From positions 83,452,001 through 83,516,000 of the forward strand of contig OZ024747.1 in NCBI GenBank assembly GCA_964016885.1: a stretch of 64,000 bases of DNA. The letters run 5' to 3'. The position numbers and the translations under genes were made by a program. Of the stretch, positions 30,396-44,600 are shown piece after piece (the stretch's first letter is position 1; each line of letters begins with the position of its first letter). This stretch comes from Eledone cirrhosa. Taxonomy: Eukaryota. A model generated the notes under the pieces. That model did no database searches. It was not told where the DNA came from and worked only from the letters and a program-made list of their open reading frames with translations.

Positions 30396-33119
30396 CGCAA
30401 GCAGTGTATCTGTTCCAAACTGGTTGGACACGCACTTGTATGCATGCCCACACATACACTTCAGGTAAATGATGTACTGAAGTATGTACTCAAATGAATT
30501 GAAATTATTTGGTAAACCATGTATTTCTTGGTCTTACATTATTTTTCGATGAGATTACTTTGTTACTAGAACTCTAAACATATTTTGAAATAAAACTTTC
30601 TATACTCTTTCAAGGAATTTTCTCAAATTAATTTACAACCTGATGAATGAAATCAGACTCCCTCTTCTGCTAACTTTTCTACTTCCTCTGACTTGGTACT
30701 TATTTTTTGACACCCAAAAGTTTGAAAGGCAAAATTGATCTCAGCTGGATTTGAACTCAGAGCGCAGAGAGTCAGAACAAATATTGAGGAATTTAATCCA
30801 ACTCTATAACGAGTCTGCCAATTTGCCACCTGATACAGAAGTTCTTTTATTCAACAAGAGAAAAAGAAAAACATCTTCCATAAAATGGTTGGTAGAAGAG
30901 ACAATGTAAGACAGTGGATATTTATATATTTCTATCGAATTCTAAATGTCAAAATTCACTGAGTTTTTTGTGTCATCAAATGTATATTTGATGAATATTT
31001 GTAAAGTTATTGTGTTGACAACACGACAAAAGGCCTACACTGTAAAGTGATCATGTAGGTGTCATGACAATAAGCACCCAGCACACACTGGATGGAGGGC
31101 ACTCAGCTGTAGAAAACAAGCCAAAATCAGTTCCATGCTAGCATGGAAAATGGATGTTAAATGATGATGAAGTACCTTTATAATGAATGGGACCTGTGAT
31201 TAATGTTCCTAACATTTTTGTATTGACAATGCTACTTCTATTAAAAAAGTAATTTACTAACAAAAAGTACAAGATTCTTATTTTTTTTTATTCAAACCTT
31301 CAGAGCCGTTAAAAAAACTACTGTAAAATTCTTAGTTTGATTACAAAGAGTACCTTTGTATTGTAAATAGCCTATTAAGATGAATGTAGCTGGTTTGGAG
31401 TACAAAGTCAATTTATGAAAACCATTTCTATTCTTTTTGAGACCCCCCTCTCTTTTTCTCCACCACAAATTAGTTTCAACACACACACACACACACTATT
31501 TGCTGAAAGGCATGCATGCCCACAATTTTACCCCCTTCCTAAGATACTCTATATACATTTTCTTTCTGTCTCTTTCCCCATTTTGAAAATACTTCCATGC
31601 TCCTCATCCTTGTTTCATAATTTCAATCCAATAAGATTCCTGTGGAGATTTAGACCTTTTTCTTTTTTACATTCACACAATCACTTCTTAGTAAATTTAT
31701 AACAATAGCCCATAATTACCACATCCCTTCTCTTGTTTCTCTTTTAACTTTTTTTCCATAGACAAATAGTTAGGAAATCCTTGAGTTTGCTCTTTGCTTT
31801 TCTTTTTATCTTTTTTTGGGGGGGGGGGGGGGGGTTTAAAAGTTCTGTAAAACTAGGCCCAACTTTTTGTGATCTTTATAAACATTTTAAACATTAAACA
31901 TTTTTAGAAGTTAGTTCAATAATTTTTCTATGTATTAAATAGTACATCTTTCAACTTTGTTGAGAGTGAAGGATAGAAATGTAATTAAATAAGTGCAAAT
32001 GAAATATATTTATACACTTGAAATGCAAGTATAAACAGATCCTGCAAAATAGACAGTAGGAGCTATTTTTTTCTAACCACTACCAAATTTGAGAGAAGCA
32101 GTAAAAAGGTGTACTTGACTAAAATTGAAAGTCATTTTCTCCTCCTGTATGCATTTATTGGCTTAGTCACCATTGTATTTTTGACCCCATAACATGGTGG
32201 GTTGTTGGTGCTCTGTGCCAGATGTTAGGACAAAGTTTTTTCCACATTTAATGTTCCATAATCTTACAACTTATATTCAAAATACATTTAACAGTTAATC
32301 TTAGTCTCCATCTGATCCAGTGGTTAGAAACATGATTTGTTGTCATCACTGTTTGAGTGCAATCTAGAGTATTTCAACTTTGTCAAGTCCCTACATTACT
32401 CAACATGATTTAATTTAACATGTACAGGTCTGCTATTATCTCAATCAAAGATCTTTCTGCTAGTCATTATCACTGTCTTATTACTGTCAATCTATAAAAA
32501 GACTTCTCCTGTCAGAATAATAAGCATTCTTCACTAGAACATTAGTTAAAAGTTTAAAGGTGTACTGATGGAAAGAGATATCATTTCCATTTTAGATTGT
32601 AATGAAAGTAGGCAATGCTGTGATTACACCAACCTTGGAGTGGAAAATATAAAATCTACATGTGTACATTTAACAAATTATAGTAGCCGAGTTCCATTTG
32701 TAATTGTTCTTTTCTATCTAAGTTACGTTGGGAAGTCTTGACTATCAAAACATTATATTGAAATAGTATATAACACATTTGGCTTAGAGATTTGAGTGTT
32801 GGGCAGTGTGTTCTGTCCTGGAGCAAGACAGCTGGAAAAAGAAAATGTTTCATGAGTAGGGCTGTCCCATTGTTTGAAAAATTGAAACACTTGTTGTTGG
32901 AACAGGACCCCCCCCCCCTGTATGTATATATGTATGTGTTTGTGTATGTATGTATGTGTGTAAATATACATGTGTATATATATATATACTCACTGTAAAT
33001 GAGGTTGGTGTTAGGAAGGGCATCCAGCTGTAGAAATCAAGCCAGAATCAGTTCCCGTCCCACCCTTGCAAGCAGGGAAAAAGCGGACGTAAAATGAAAT
33101 GATGATGATGATATATATA

Positions 33120-33152
<33 letters not shown>

Positions 33153-33230
33153 GTGTAAATATATATATAAAGGAAACAAGAAATGAACAAAGAAAATGCA
33201 TTAACATAGTCGTATTAGAGAGAGAGAGAG

Positions 33231-33265
<35 letters not shown>

Positions 33266-36209
33266 AGAGAGAGAGACCATCATTGAGATTCTGATTTGTC
33301 CACCTCTTTCTTGTCTTATCTTACATATCTAACGTTTGTGTTACATGAATTCTAAATATAAAATTTTAGAAGGATTTTAACAGAGCTGGACAAACAAATT
33401 TTTCTGAAATCCAGTACAGTCATTCTTATTTTTAGAATTTATAAACAATTGGCAAGTAATAATAAGTGTATAGAGGTACTTGAAAACCTTTCTTTCACCA
33501 GTGCTTGAGAGTGACTTTTGTTAAAAAAATTCACTCAAATTGCATATTAAATCTAAATGTGTGTGAGTGCAGACAGAACTAAGACATATTTCACAACTAT
33601 TATTACCTCTTCACCACTTTTTAATATGGTCTAGTTAGGAAGAAGAAGCAGCAATCGTGGCATTTTGAAAGCCCTCTGTTACTGGTGAAATTAGCCATTT
33701 TGTTACTTTATTTCTGATGCAACACACTGCCAGTGTACTTCAATTGATTTTTTAAAATATAAAATTTGAAGGAATTTAGTAATATTTTAACATTTTCATT
33801 ATTAGATTGCTGGATTGGTAGTATTGGTAGAGTGTCAGAACAATATGCTTTGTGGCATATAGTTACGTCTCTTTACATTTTGAGTTTAAATCCTGTCGAG
33901 ATTAGCTTTGCCTTTCATCTTTATGGGGTCAATAAAATAAAGTACAAGTAACACCCAATTTAATCGACTTTTAAATTGGTGTTTGGAACATTACTTAAAG
34001 GTTCTTACATAAAAATATTCTCCCCTCAAAGCAATAGATATTGCAACACTAATCATTGGTTATGATACCCTCTGCACTATTTGATTGACTCTGCTAGTGA
34101 CTTCTTTGCTAAAAGTTTTAAGCACCTCAGTGACTATCCCTAATGAACTTTTGATCTTTAAATCTTTTGTGACCATATTTTTTAAAAATACCCTGTTTAT
34201 GCATTTTAAATTAATTTGAAAATAATATAAAATTTGAAAACATTTAGTCAAATAACATTTTTCATTAAGGTGATGTTTGGAACTTGAAAATTCTTACATA
34301 ACTTTTGGATGAAAGGTTTTATTCTAATAGAGAACACTTTAAAATAAGAGGCATCATCTCATAGAACAAGGGATGCAATCATGTTGGTTAATAAGGATTT
34401 CATTCCACTAGACACATGATCAATTAGAGTAGAATATAGTTTGTTCAATTCTCTCCAGTATTTTTAATGTTATTGAAACTAGAGGTGGCTAAAAGGATTG
34501 GCACCAAGAAGGGCATGCAGCTATAAAACACTGCTTCAAAGCGATACCACAACATGTATGAAGCCTATCATCAGGACCTCAAGGCTAACTGCTTCTTTAG
34601 CAGGGAAAATGGCTTTAAAACCTTTTTTTGTTGTGTACGAGAGTGGAAAAAAATCACAATATTTACAGAAGTAGGATTATAAACTGGTTGGTACCTTGAA
34701 TTAATGAACTAGTGCTCCACCAGGTATACTCCATTACTGAAGAAAAAACTTTGCAAACTTGTAAATTAGATACCTTTTTTTTTCTTTCTTTTTGGCTGTG
34801 TTCAGCTGTCAGATGAGAATTTGACCTAAAAATGTCTATGAGGCCATAACAATAGTCATTTGCTATATTTGCCAAAGTTTCATGCAAGAATTTGCTTTCC
34901 TTTTTCTTCTTCTTTGCTTCAGTAGTAGAAGAGCACACACTATGTATGTTACTCCTAGAATTGTTATGTTGATATCTTCATTTCAACAGTTATTGCATTT
35001 ATATCTAATAAATAATATCTTAATCATTATTGTTATAACCCAATATCTATTATCAGATCCTCCTAAAATCTCTCCCTCTCTCGTACATTTTCTACATTTC
35101 TAATACTTCATCCAATAAGTAATGTTGATTTTCAATAAGTATTGAAAGTATAAATAGACCGTGTGTGTGTGTGTGCGTGTGTGTGTATAAATAAATACAC
35201 ACTCGCACACATACATATATACATGTAAATATGGTTGGTGTTAGGAAGGGCATCCAGCCGTAGAAAACCTGCCAGATAGTCCTATATGAGCGAGACACGG
35301 TCACCGGACCAGCTTTGCCTCAAGTGGGACAACTCCCGTCTAACCCATGCTAGCGTGGAAAACGGACGTTAAACAAAGATGATGAGGATGATGATTAGGC
35401 TTCAGGCTCATCATGGGGGAATTTTTGAGGCACTGTTTTATGATTGGGTGCCCTTCTTAGTACCAACCCACACCAGCAAGGGAAAATGAATTGAAATGAT
35501 TAAGATAAATATGTGCACGCATGTGCAGGCACACACCCACACACAAATAAAAAAAAGATTGTAAGGAAATATCTGATGTGTTGTCAATAATAGATTAGAA
35601 ATTATGTCATATGTATTGAGTCCTTACTATTTTTAGGGAATTCTTTACAGTTGTTTTTTATATCTTCATTATTTGGATTTGGTATATATTTCAGGAATCT
35701 TAATTTCATTTCTACTTGGGGGTTTTGATGGACCTGTCTTTAAACTGGCAGCCAAAGCAGAAGGGTGCAGGCTTGCTGGCTGTCAATGTAAGTTAGGTAG
35801 CTATTATCTACATAATATAGTTATTACATCTATATATTACAAAAGCTTCACTTCTTATCCTTCTATTTTACCATCACCAAAGGCAAAACCCTCAGTTACT
35901 TATTTTACTTCTCTTTAACTTGGCAGTTGGCCAACATTAAGAATCTATTTTCCCCCTTTCCCCCCAAAAAAATGATGGAACTCAGACCTTTGAGAAAATT
36001 AGGTTTGACTGTATGGACAAGAAGCTCACTTTGCAACCAAATGGTTTCAGGTTAAAATGCACTACATGACACCTTGGGCAAGTTTCTTCTACTGTAGCCT
36101 CATGCTGACCAATGCCTTGTGAAGGAAATTTACTTCATGGAAACTTTAGAAGCCTTTTTAATATATCTGTTATATTGATGGATGTGAGAAAGAGTACTCA
36201 GTAGCAAAG

Positions 36210-36255
36210 TTGTTTGATGACCCTGTGGGTGCACAGGGGAACTCTAGAGTAACAG
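36210..36255 (+). ncRNA. Second degenerate type I hammerhead ribozyme
   Basis: UUGU-UUGAUGA-CCCUGUG-GGUG-CACAGGG-GAA-CUCUAGAG-UA-ACAG. Perfect stem II, palindromic stem III and a GUA triplet; core lesions are C3U and a damaged GAAA. Confidence 0.55.
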
Positions 36256-39200
36256 GACTCACCACTTGACCATAATAAAGTATATATATATTATATATAT
36301 TACTTATATGTTCCATATCTGGCTTGATTTCTACAGCTGGATGCCCTTCCTAATGTCAATGGTGTGTACTGGGTGCATTTTATTGTCAGTGGCACTAGAG
36401 AATTAGTCATGTACTTGGCAAGACAGAAGAGTCATCTCTACTCTATATTATCTCCAACATATTGGTCACATTTCTGTTGAGAACAACTAGTGTGATTTGA
36501 TTTAATGTAAAAAAAACAAACATTTGGATGTAACAAGCAATTTACATTATCACCATGTCATTTCTTTAATTCTTTTGTGATCATATTTCTAATGGAGTAC
36601 ACTCAATTTCAATTAATTATTGAAGAATTTTGAGGGATTTGCTTAAATTGTCAATTATTTTCATTAATGAGATAGCAAATTAACATGTTGGAAGATATTA
36701 ATTTAAATAGTAACTCTTAAAAATGGCTTCATAGAACCAGGGCAGGTTTTAGCCAGGCTGGTATGAAAAGTGTTAATATCTTCTATCACCTTAGTATAAT
36801 GTACTTTGTTATAAGAATTTCAATAAAGATAACTAATACAAGCAATGTGGATTATGAAAGTTCAGTGTTTATAATCAGGACTGACATTTAATTACTGACT
36901 GTAGTAAGTTTTTTTTTTACTTAAGCTCAGTCAGAGCCTTTAGGCCTCATTTCATTGAAAATATAGAATTAAAAATAGAATCACTTTAAACTTAACATTT
37001 CACCTTGTAAAAATGTTTATGCCACAGGCTTGACGGAACCATGTGTGAAAAAAGAAACAACAAAACAAAACAGTTAATTCAAATAGAAATGGCTTGTTTT
37101 AGTCTAAAATTACAATCTTTGTATCTAATCTTAGAAAATATAAATTATAGTTTTTAAGGGATGTTTTATATATTTATTTATTCAGTTGTTATTGCAATTT
37201 GTTCAAATTATTTAAGTTCATTGGAATGGGTCCCCTTAGGTAATAGTTATATCATTTGGTTTTCTTGCAGTTGTAGACTGTGATTGCAAGGAACTAATTA
37301 AGGTAAATTTGTTGAAATATCACCTCAACCGAACCAGCCACTTAGTGGTGGTAGATATGGCGCAGTACACTTCCCCTCATTTGTTTTCATCATTATCATC
37401 ATTTTCATTCTTAGGTCCACTTTCCCATATGAGCTGGCCAGGTGTTTTGAGACAGTGCTTTACAGCCAGATGCTCTTCCTGAGGCAAAAACGTTTAGTTA
37501 CCTCATAGGACACACAAGAATATAGTGTATCTATTCTAAAGATAAACACTATGTGAACTTTTATTTACATTCTTTTATTATTTTATTGGTTTCAGTCATT
37601 AGATTGCGGTCTTGCTAGGGCACCACCTTGAAGGGATTTAGTCACTTATATCAAGCCTGATAGTACAGCTGGGTCAGGTGGCCATGTCTTGCTCATATAG
37701 TACTGTTTCTGGTTGGTTTTCTACGGTTGGATGCTCTTCCCAACACCAACCACATTTACAGTGCTTTTTGTTGTGACACCTACACAACTACTTTATATTT
37801 ATCTAAAAACCTTCCATCATAATTTTATGTAAGAACGTTTTTTAAGCTATCCTCCAAAGACCAATTTAATAATGAGAAAGTTATATTACTAAATCCTGTC
37901 AAATTCTTGATTAATTTCAAAATGATAGGCAGTAATTAATCATTATGTAATGGAGTTGTGAAACAAAAACTGTACTCTAAACATATTAGACAGATATTAA
38001 AATCTCATAAAACTATTCTCCACTCATGGGAGTTTAGAAAATCCAGTGCTATCTAAACAAAATGTGTTGATTAGCTGCCTCTAGAGGGGTGGGAGTTTGG
38101 TCTCTTGCCCATTTCTCAGGCATAAGGGGTTGGGATGGTTGGTATCAGAAGCATTAAATGAATGGGGGGGGGGGGCATTATAGGATCAACACATTTAGAT
38201 AGCAACGTTTGTCATTGATGTGTTAATATAATTTGTCACTGGGTAAGAAATTACAAGCTGTGATGACAGACAAAGTCATGAAAATTGACAGGCTATTGGT
38301 AATGATAGGTTTGCATATCAGGCAGATAATTAGTAAAATATATGTATTGTAACAGCAGTGATGTATTTGTTTTGCCAGGTTTTTTATATGAAATCTGTGT
38401 TGAAAGAGACATTGTTATATTTGAAGAGGGTCATGTTCTAATATATATATATTTCTATTAATAATTCAGCTGGCAATCAATGTTTATCATTAATTGACCA
38501 ACAGTTAAAAAATATAAATATAAATATAGTTTCTCATAGTTCTTTCATCACACATATCTGTGACATCATCAGTGATGTTTCTATACCCCCTTCGTTGTGT
38601 TCCTGTAATGTTTTCTTATTCTATTCTATTTTATTTATTTATTTATTGTACATATTGTTTTATTTTTTCCAGCCATTTGATTGTGGACATGGTGGGGCAT
38701 GTCCACAAAAAGATTTAACTGTTCTCCTTGGCAATGCTTTAGCTGTCTGCCACTCCTGCCACCAACTTTCTTTTTTGCTATTTAATTTTTCACTTTAAAA
38801 AAAAAAAAATTTTTTTAAATATTTAAATATTTTGATAAATTGTAAATTTTTTTCCTTTTATTTTACAATTTAATAAATAATTTTACAATTATGGCATTCC
38901 AACCTCTAAAAGAACTGTCTATATTTCTTACTCACTTTGTCCCACCCCGCTCTCTTTCTCTAGCTATTTCTTTTTATTATGTAGTGTTTTTTTAAATTAT
39001 TCATAACATGTCTGTTGTGTGTGTGTCTCGTAGATATCAACAAACTTTTCCATCTTTACCCCAATGATATAATGCCAGACTGTGTGGGAGAACAGCTCTC
39101 TCTAGTTAGTTAAAGATGAAAGTCAACAGATTGAATCTTCTCACTCCTAATCACTGTGTGTGCATGTGTGCGTGTGTGCATGTGTGCATGTGTGCATGCG

Positions 39201-40189
39201 CTCATGTTTATGTGTGTGCTTGCGTGCTAACCTTGTACTTTAGTTTATGAGATCTAAACATTGAGATATTTTGTTGCTTTAAAATGTGTGAAAAGATTTA
39301 TAGTAAATTAAAAAGAAGATTGTTTGTGTATGTATAGTGTGTGTATACAGTGTATAGTGTGTGTGGGTATATGTATAGTGTGTGTGTATATTGTGTGTAT
39401 GTGTATAGTATGTGTATGAGTGTACCTGTGTGCATGCATATGAGTATGAAGTAGAGAAGTGGAATCTGATTTAACATAGCTTCATGCTGATAGGTTTATA
39501 CTGTTTGTGAGATTAACCAACGACAAGAACCACTGCAACATTTATTTGAAGGTGATAAAAACAATCTGTCCAAAGTGTACTTTTGGGAATTTGTTGATAT
39601 AAAGAAGGGAAATTGGTCTATTTGTTGGAAGTGCTGAAATAGGGGGTAGGTCAAAGGTTGAATCTTGAAACTATTGTAGTTTAATTAGAAATATTACCAG
39701 AAATATCTAAATGAGTGTATGGCTTTTATATGAGTGTATGTATATGAATCCGCAACTCCTGATGGTGTTATAGTTGTGTTGTAGTGACATAGATGGAAAT
39801 ATTTTAAAATTCAACCTTTTTGATATCAATCTGCCCCAAAAGATGATAAATCTCTTGTTTTAAATTATTCAATAATGTTATGGAAGAATATCTTTAAGCT
39901 ATGAATTAAACACCAGCTTAATAATATTGTTCTTTTTTGTTTTATTAAATCCCTTTCCCTTCAGGTGAATACAAAATAGAAAGAAATTTAATATAAACCC
40001 TTTTGTAGCTATATTTCTGACAAAAGACACTACATATGATTTTCAAATAATCATGAAAATAATAATGAATTTGAAGGGATTTAATAAAATAACAGCTTCA
40101 GTACTTAACCATCAGAAGGAGAGAGGTAGGTGTAAAAACCAAACTAACTATCTTCAATTCAGTATTTGCATCTACCTTTACCTCTGGTC

Positions 40190-40570
40190 ATGAATTTTGG
40201 TTAGTGACTGAAAAAGTATGAGTGTGAATACAAGTGGTCGAAATGGAGTTCTCCAAAGGGTCTCTGGAGTAATGTTACTCAATGGGGTGAGTAGCTTGGT
40301 AGAGCTCATACCTCCAGTACTACAGACACATATGGTGAGAATGTCTAAAGAAGGAATCACAGGACAGATTTCAAGGGCAAAGTTAACCAGTAGGAAACCC
40401 AGAGGTAGATCATGAGCAAGATGGTTGGATAACATCCATAACCTTGGTTGGTCTAGCTTGGGGAGCCAGTCCAATCTTTTGATGAGGGTTGCTTCCAATA
40501 GGACCCTCTGGAAGGTGTGTCTGAGGACTCTGCCCCCCCCCCCAATCATCTCAGGAATAATGAAGATGAA
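40190..40570 (+). pseudogene. Expander/Rex3-like RTE 3' fragment inside a family B MITE
   Basis: Frameshifted EMEF/LQRVSG..HMVRM..RKPRGRS*ARWLDNIHNLGWSSLG..VASNRTLWKVCLRTLPP, the typical Rex3-type C-terminus. Confidence 0.8.
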
Positions 40571-41327
40571 CTAACTTCTCATTAAATTATTGTTTGGAAT
40601 ATAACCTAACACAGGTTCTTAGATAATTGTATCGTAGAACCAGGGGCTGTTTCAAGCAGTTTGGTATCAACATAGTTAAAAACAAAACAAAATAAAAATC
40701 TGAATCTGTATTTTTATGAATGAAAGTGTATAATAGATCCTGTAGGGTATATAGAAACTTCCCTGTCAGTTTTAACTAATTTCTCCTGGAATGTGTTGAA
40801 TAAATCCAAATTTTACTTGTTTCTTATCATAAGCTATCTTTTGCTATTTGCAAATGCATATTTTCTATTAGTCTTGTTTCGTAACAGGGCCACCCGCGTG
40901 TCTGATTAAAGGCTATAGGGGAAAGAAACTCAAAGGCTTCAGTTTCTCAGCTCCCATTAAGATGTTATTTACTTCCCTCCTCTTTTTTTTCTTTGAAGCT
41001 TCAATGTCTCCCAATTCCAGCATCTGTTCTGTTTGATTTATAATCTGAAAGTTTCTTTGCAACAAATATGATGTAATATGTCACAATTCCATGATAATGA
41101 TCTGTGTGTATGGTTATTTGAAAGGTGTTTATGAGTTTGTATTCAGATGCCTCTGTATAATCAATTATTGCTAATATTTGATACAAGTAATGTATGTTTT
41201 TGAAGACAAATCCCTTTTTATCTTTCATATGTTGAGGAAATATGTAAAGCAGTAATAAATGTTCTCCAACCTACTACTGCTTCTGTTACTACTACTATTA
41301 CTGCTGCTGCTACATTTTAGTTTACAC

Positions 41328-41636
41328 TACTGGTTTCCAAACTTTTTTTGTTACTCATGTCACACTGGACAGCAAGTAAAAATATGGTGCATTTACCACC
41401 TAAATTAAAAAAAAAAACTCTTCCAAAGAGGTATTTATACATATTAGCTTAGCATCTTCTTTCTGTAGTCAATAAATGAAGCAAAGTGTGTTTTGGCAAT
41501 ATTTTCAGTTTAAGTTTAGCGGTTTTCCACTTTGATAATTATTATGAAGTTTATTTCAATTTGTATTTTTCACATTATGAAATAGAATCTTGCTCTTTTG
41601 TAGTGCACCTTGGGGCACACAGTTTGGGAACCACCG
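41328..41636. mobile_element. Old hAT/Charlie-like MITE
   Basis: Ends TACTGGTTTCCAAACT / AGTTTGGGAACCACCG; TSD not recoverable. Confidence 0.6.
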
Positions 41637-44600
41637 ATCTAAGGTCTTTCAGCTGTGACCAATCCCATCTCTCTATCCAGGTTTACATTATCTGAGGCAG
41701 GGGTTGTCAAAGTGGTGGATACCAACTCCACCACAAGGATTGATGGGACTAACTAGGGGCTTGATTGAACTTATGTTTCAAAACTTGACATTTGTATTAA
41801 TAATTGTTTCTACTTTTGGCACAAGGCCAGCAATTACCCAGTGCATTACTGGTACTTTATTTTATCGACCCTGTAAGGATGAAAGGCAAAGTTAACCTCG
41901 GTGGGATTTGAACTCAGAATGGAAAGGGCTGTAACTCTATGCATCAAAGCATGGAGTCCGACTCACTACTGATACTGCCAATCCACCGAAAGTACATAGG
42001 GTTTCTGTCAAAAGCTACATGAAATGACGTGTCATGTTCATGGTTACCTTACTTGTCAGTGGAAGTCACAGACAATTATAGATAGATGGTACCAGTATGA
42101 AAAAAATAAGGCTTTTATATGGATCTCAATCACACCAAACTTCAAATTTTTACTTTTTACCCCCAAAAATATTATTTTACATTAAAAAAAAAAAATCACA
42201 TTTTGAACATGTAAGCATACACACATTCACACAAACATGCACTTACATGCACATGTGTGTGAGCAGGCACACACCCAGAAAATATTCTCAATAATTTGCA
42301 TGTTTTAAAAAAGAAATTTTTTATAGATGATTTTCCATTTAGGAATAGTTGTTAGAGCATTAGATGAAACACCTTAGTATTTATTCTGCCTCTCTGCACT
42401 TGTAGTTGAAATCCTGCTGAAGTCAACTTTGCTTTCACCCTGAAAGTGTCAGTAAATAAAGTACAAGTCCTTGGGTGATAGATTAACTGATTTATTGAAA
42501 AGTTATGTGGTAGCTAATCTGGCTCAGTGTGTTCTGAATTCAAATGTTGCATCCTTTTGCCAGGGGTTTCAATCAATAGATAATATCAGTGGATAATCAA
42601 TAGATAATATCAGTGGATAGACTAATGTAAAGATAGCTTCTTTGGTCTGATCTGATGATCGGCTCATTTTTCTTTAATATTATATTTTTGAACATTTAAA
42701 ATAAACACACACACATACTGACATGCAGATACACATGCATGCACACTCACATGCACACACACACCCAGGGAGTAGTTCTCCATAGTTTCATTATATGTTT
42801 CATTTATATACATATATTTTCTTTCCATAATTTTGGAGAGAAAATGTGTGTAGATGAAATTTTATGCATGCACGCACACATGCACTTAATTTACACTCAC
42901 TCTAATACACATATCCCATCCAATGTATATGCATGAAATAGTAATTGAGTGCTATTTTAAAAAATCAATTGCTTTCTTGATGCATAAAAGCAAATGCATT
43001 AGACAATAACTTGTATTGCCACGAGATTGTGATTACCTAATGTAATGAAAAGAGAGATTATTATAATTATTTGAGTGGTGTTGCTGCCACAAGAAGACTT
43101 ATAAATTACATGTATTGGAAATAAACGGAATATATTTGTTGTGGTCATCTTTCTATAAATGGTGTAATATGAAGAAATGTCACATTGACCTCCTCACTGG
43201 AGTCTGCCAATTAAATTGTGGTTTCATTTCAGAATTTGTTTACATTTTAACAAAAACTTGACATTTTCCTTTTGTTCTTTTTTTCTCTCTCTTTCTTTCA
43301 CTCTCTTTCTCCCATATTTTTCTTTCTCTTTTTCTTTTTTTTCTTTTTTCATCATCATTTTATGTCTGTTTTCCATGCTGACGTGGGTTGAACAGATTGT
43401 CATGTCTCAAGACTAGACAGGCTGAAGAGACCTCACCTTCATCATACATTCCATATTCGCATGGTTTCTAAGGCTCAATGTTCTTCCTAATGGCAATGAC
43501 TTTACAGTACCTATCAGGTGTATTTTATTGTTTTGCCAGCACTACCACATTACATAGTGTACTTGGGGCATTTTATTGTTGCATCAACATCACCACATCA
43601 CAAAGTCTCAGATGCATTTTATTGTAGCACCAGCACTACCATCTTATAGAGTTTACTGGATGCATTTTATCATGGCACCAGCACTATCACTTTACAGAGT
43701 GTACTGGGTGTATTTTATTTATTTACTTATTTAATTTCTTTGTTTCTTCCTCTTTACCTTTAGTAATGCAGAATTCCTCTGTAAAATACTTTGACTAGCT
43801 ATAGTCCTACATTTTATAGTATTTTCACTGAAGCTTGAAGGTCATTTGGTATGAAGAATAATCTTGGCTGTTATAATTAGGTAATTAAGTAAGGAAGAAT
43901 GAAATAAACAGGAGGAAAGGAAGGAAGAAAATAATCCCTCACAATTAGAAATATGTAGTTTTCTCATTCATCTGTAGTGTGTGTCTGTAAAGAAAGAGAT
44001 GGCCCCCAACATATATAGTGGATAACTGTATAAGCATGACTCTGTATGCTTGAATGGGTGTCCTGCGTGTAGTCACCCCTTTTTCAGTATACATGCATTC
44101 GTGTGTGTAGTGTATATGTATATGTGTGTGTGTGTATATATATAGTATGTATGTAAGAAATCATGTATTTAATAGTTATGTATATGTTGTGTTTCATCAT
44201 CATCATCACCGTTTAACATCCATTATATATATATAGCCATCTTCGTGGGCTAGTGGTAAGTATTATAGATGATGGTGATCCTGGTCTGACGTTCAATCTT
44301 ACCCTGAAACTATCTATGTTTTTAAATAGGGCAGTGGATTGGCAGTATTGGTAGAGGGTCGGACGCCATGCTTTGCAGCAAAGAGTTACGGCCCTTTATG
44401 GTCTGAGTTCAAATCCCGCCGAGGTTAACTTTGCCTTTCATCCTTACAGGGTCGATAAAATAAAGAACTAGTAATACACTGGGATAATTGTTGGCCTTGT
44501 GCCAAAAGTAGAAACAATTATATATATAATTTTATGTCTGCTTTTCCATGCTTGCATGGGTTGGGCAGGTCCTTTTTAACACACCATCTCTCCACTTGTC

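Noticed and set aside
42571-42620. Small tandem duplications (24 bp here; about 35 bp at 4930-5000; about 46 bp at 60070-60163)
   Set aside because: Ordinary replication-slippage events with no further structure.
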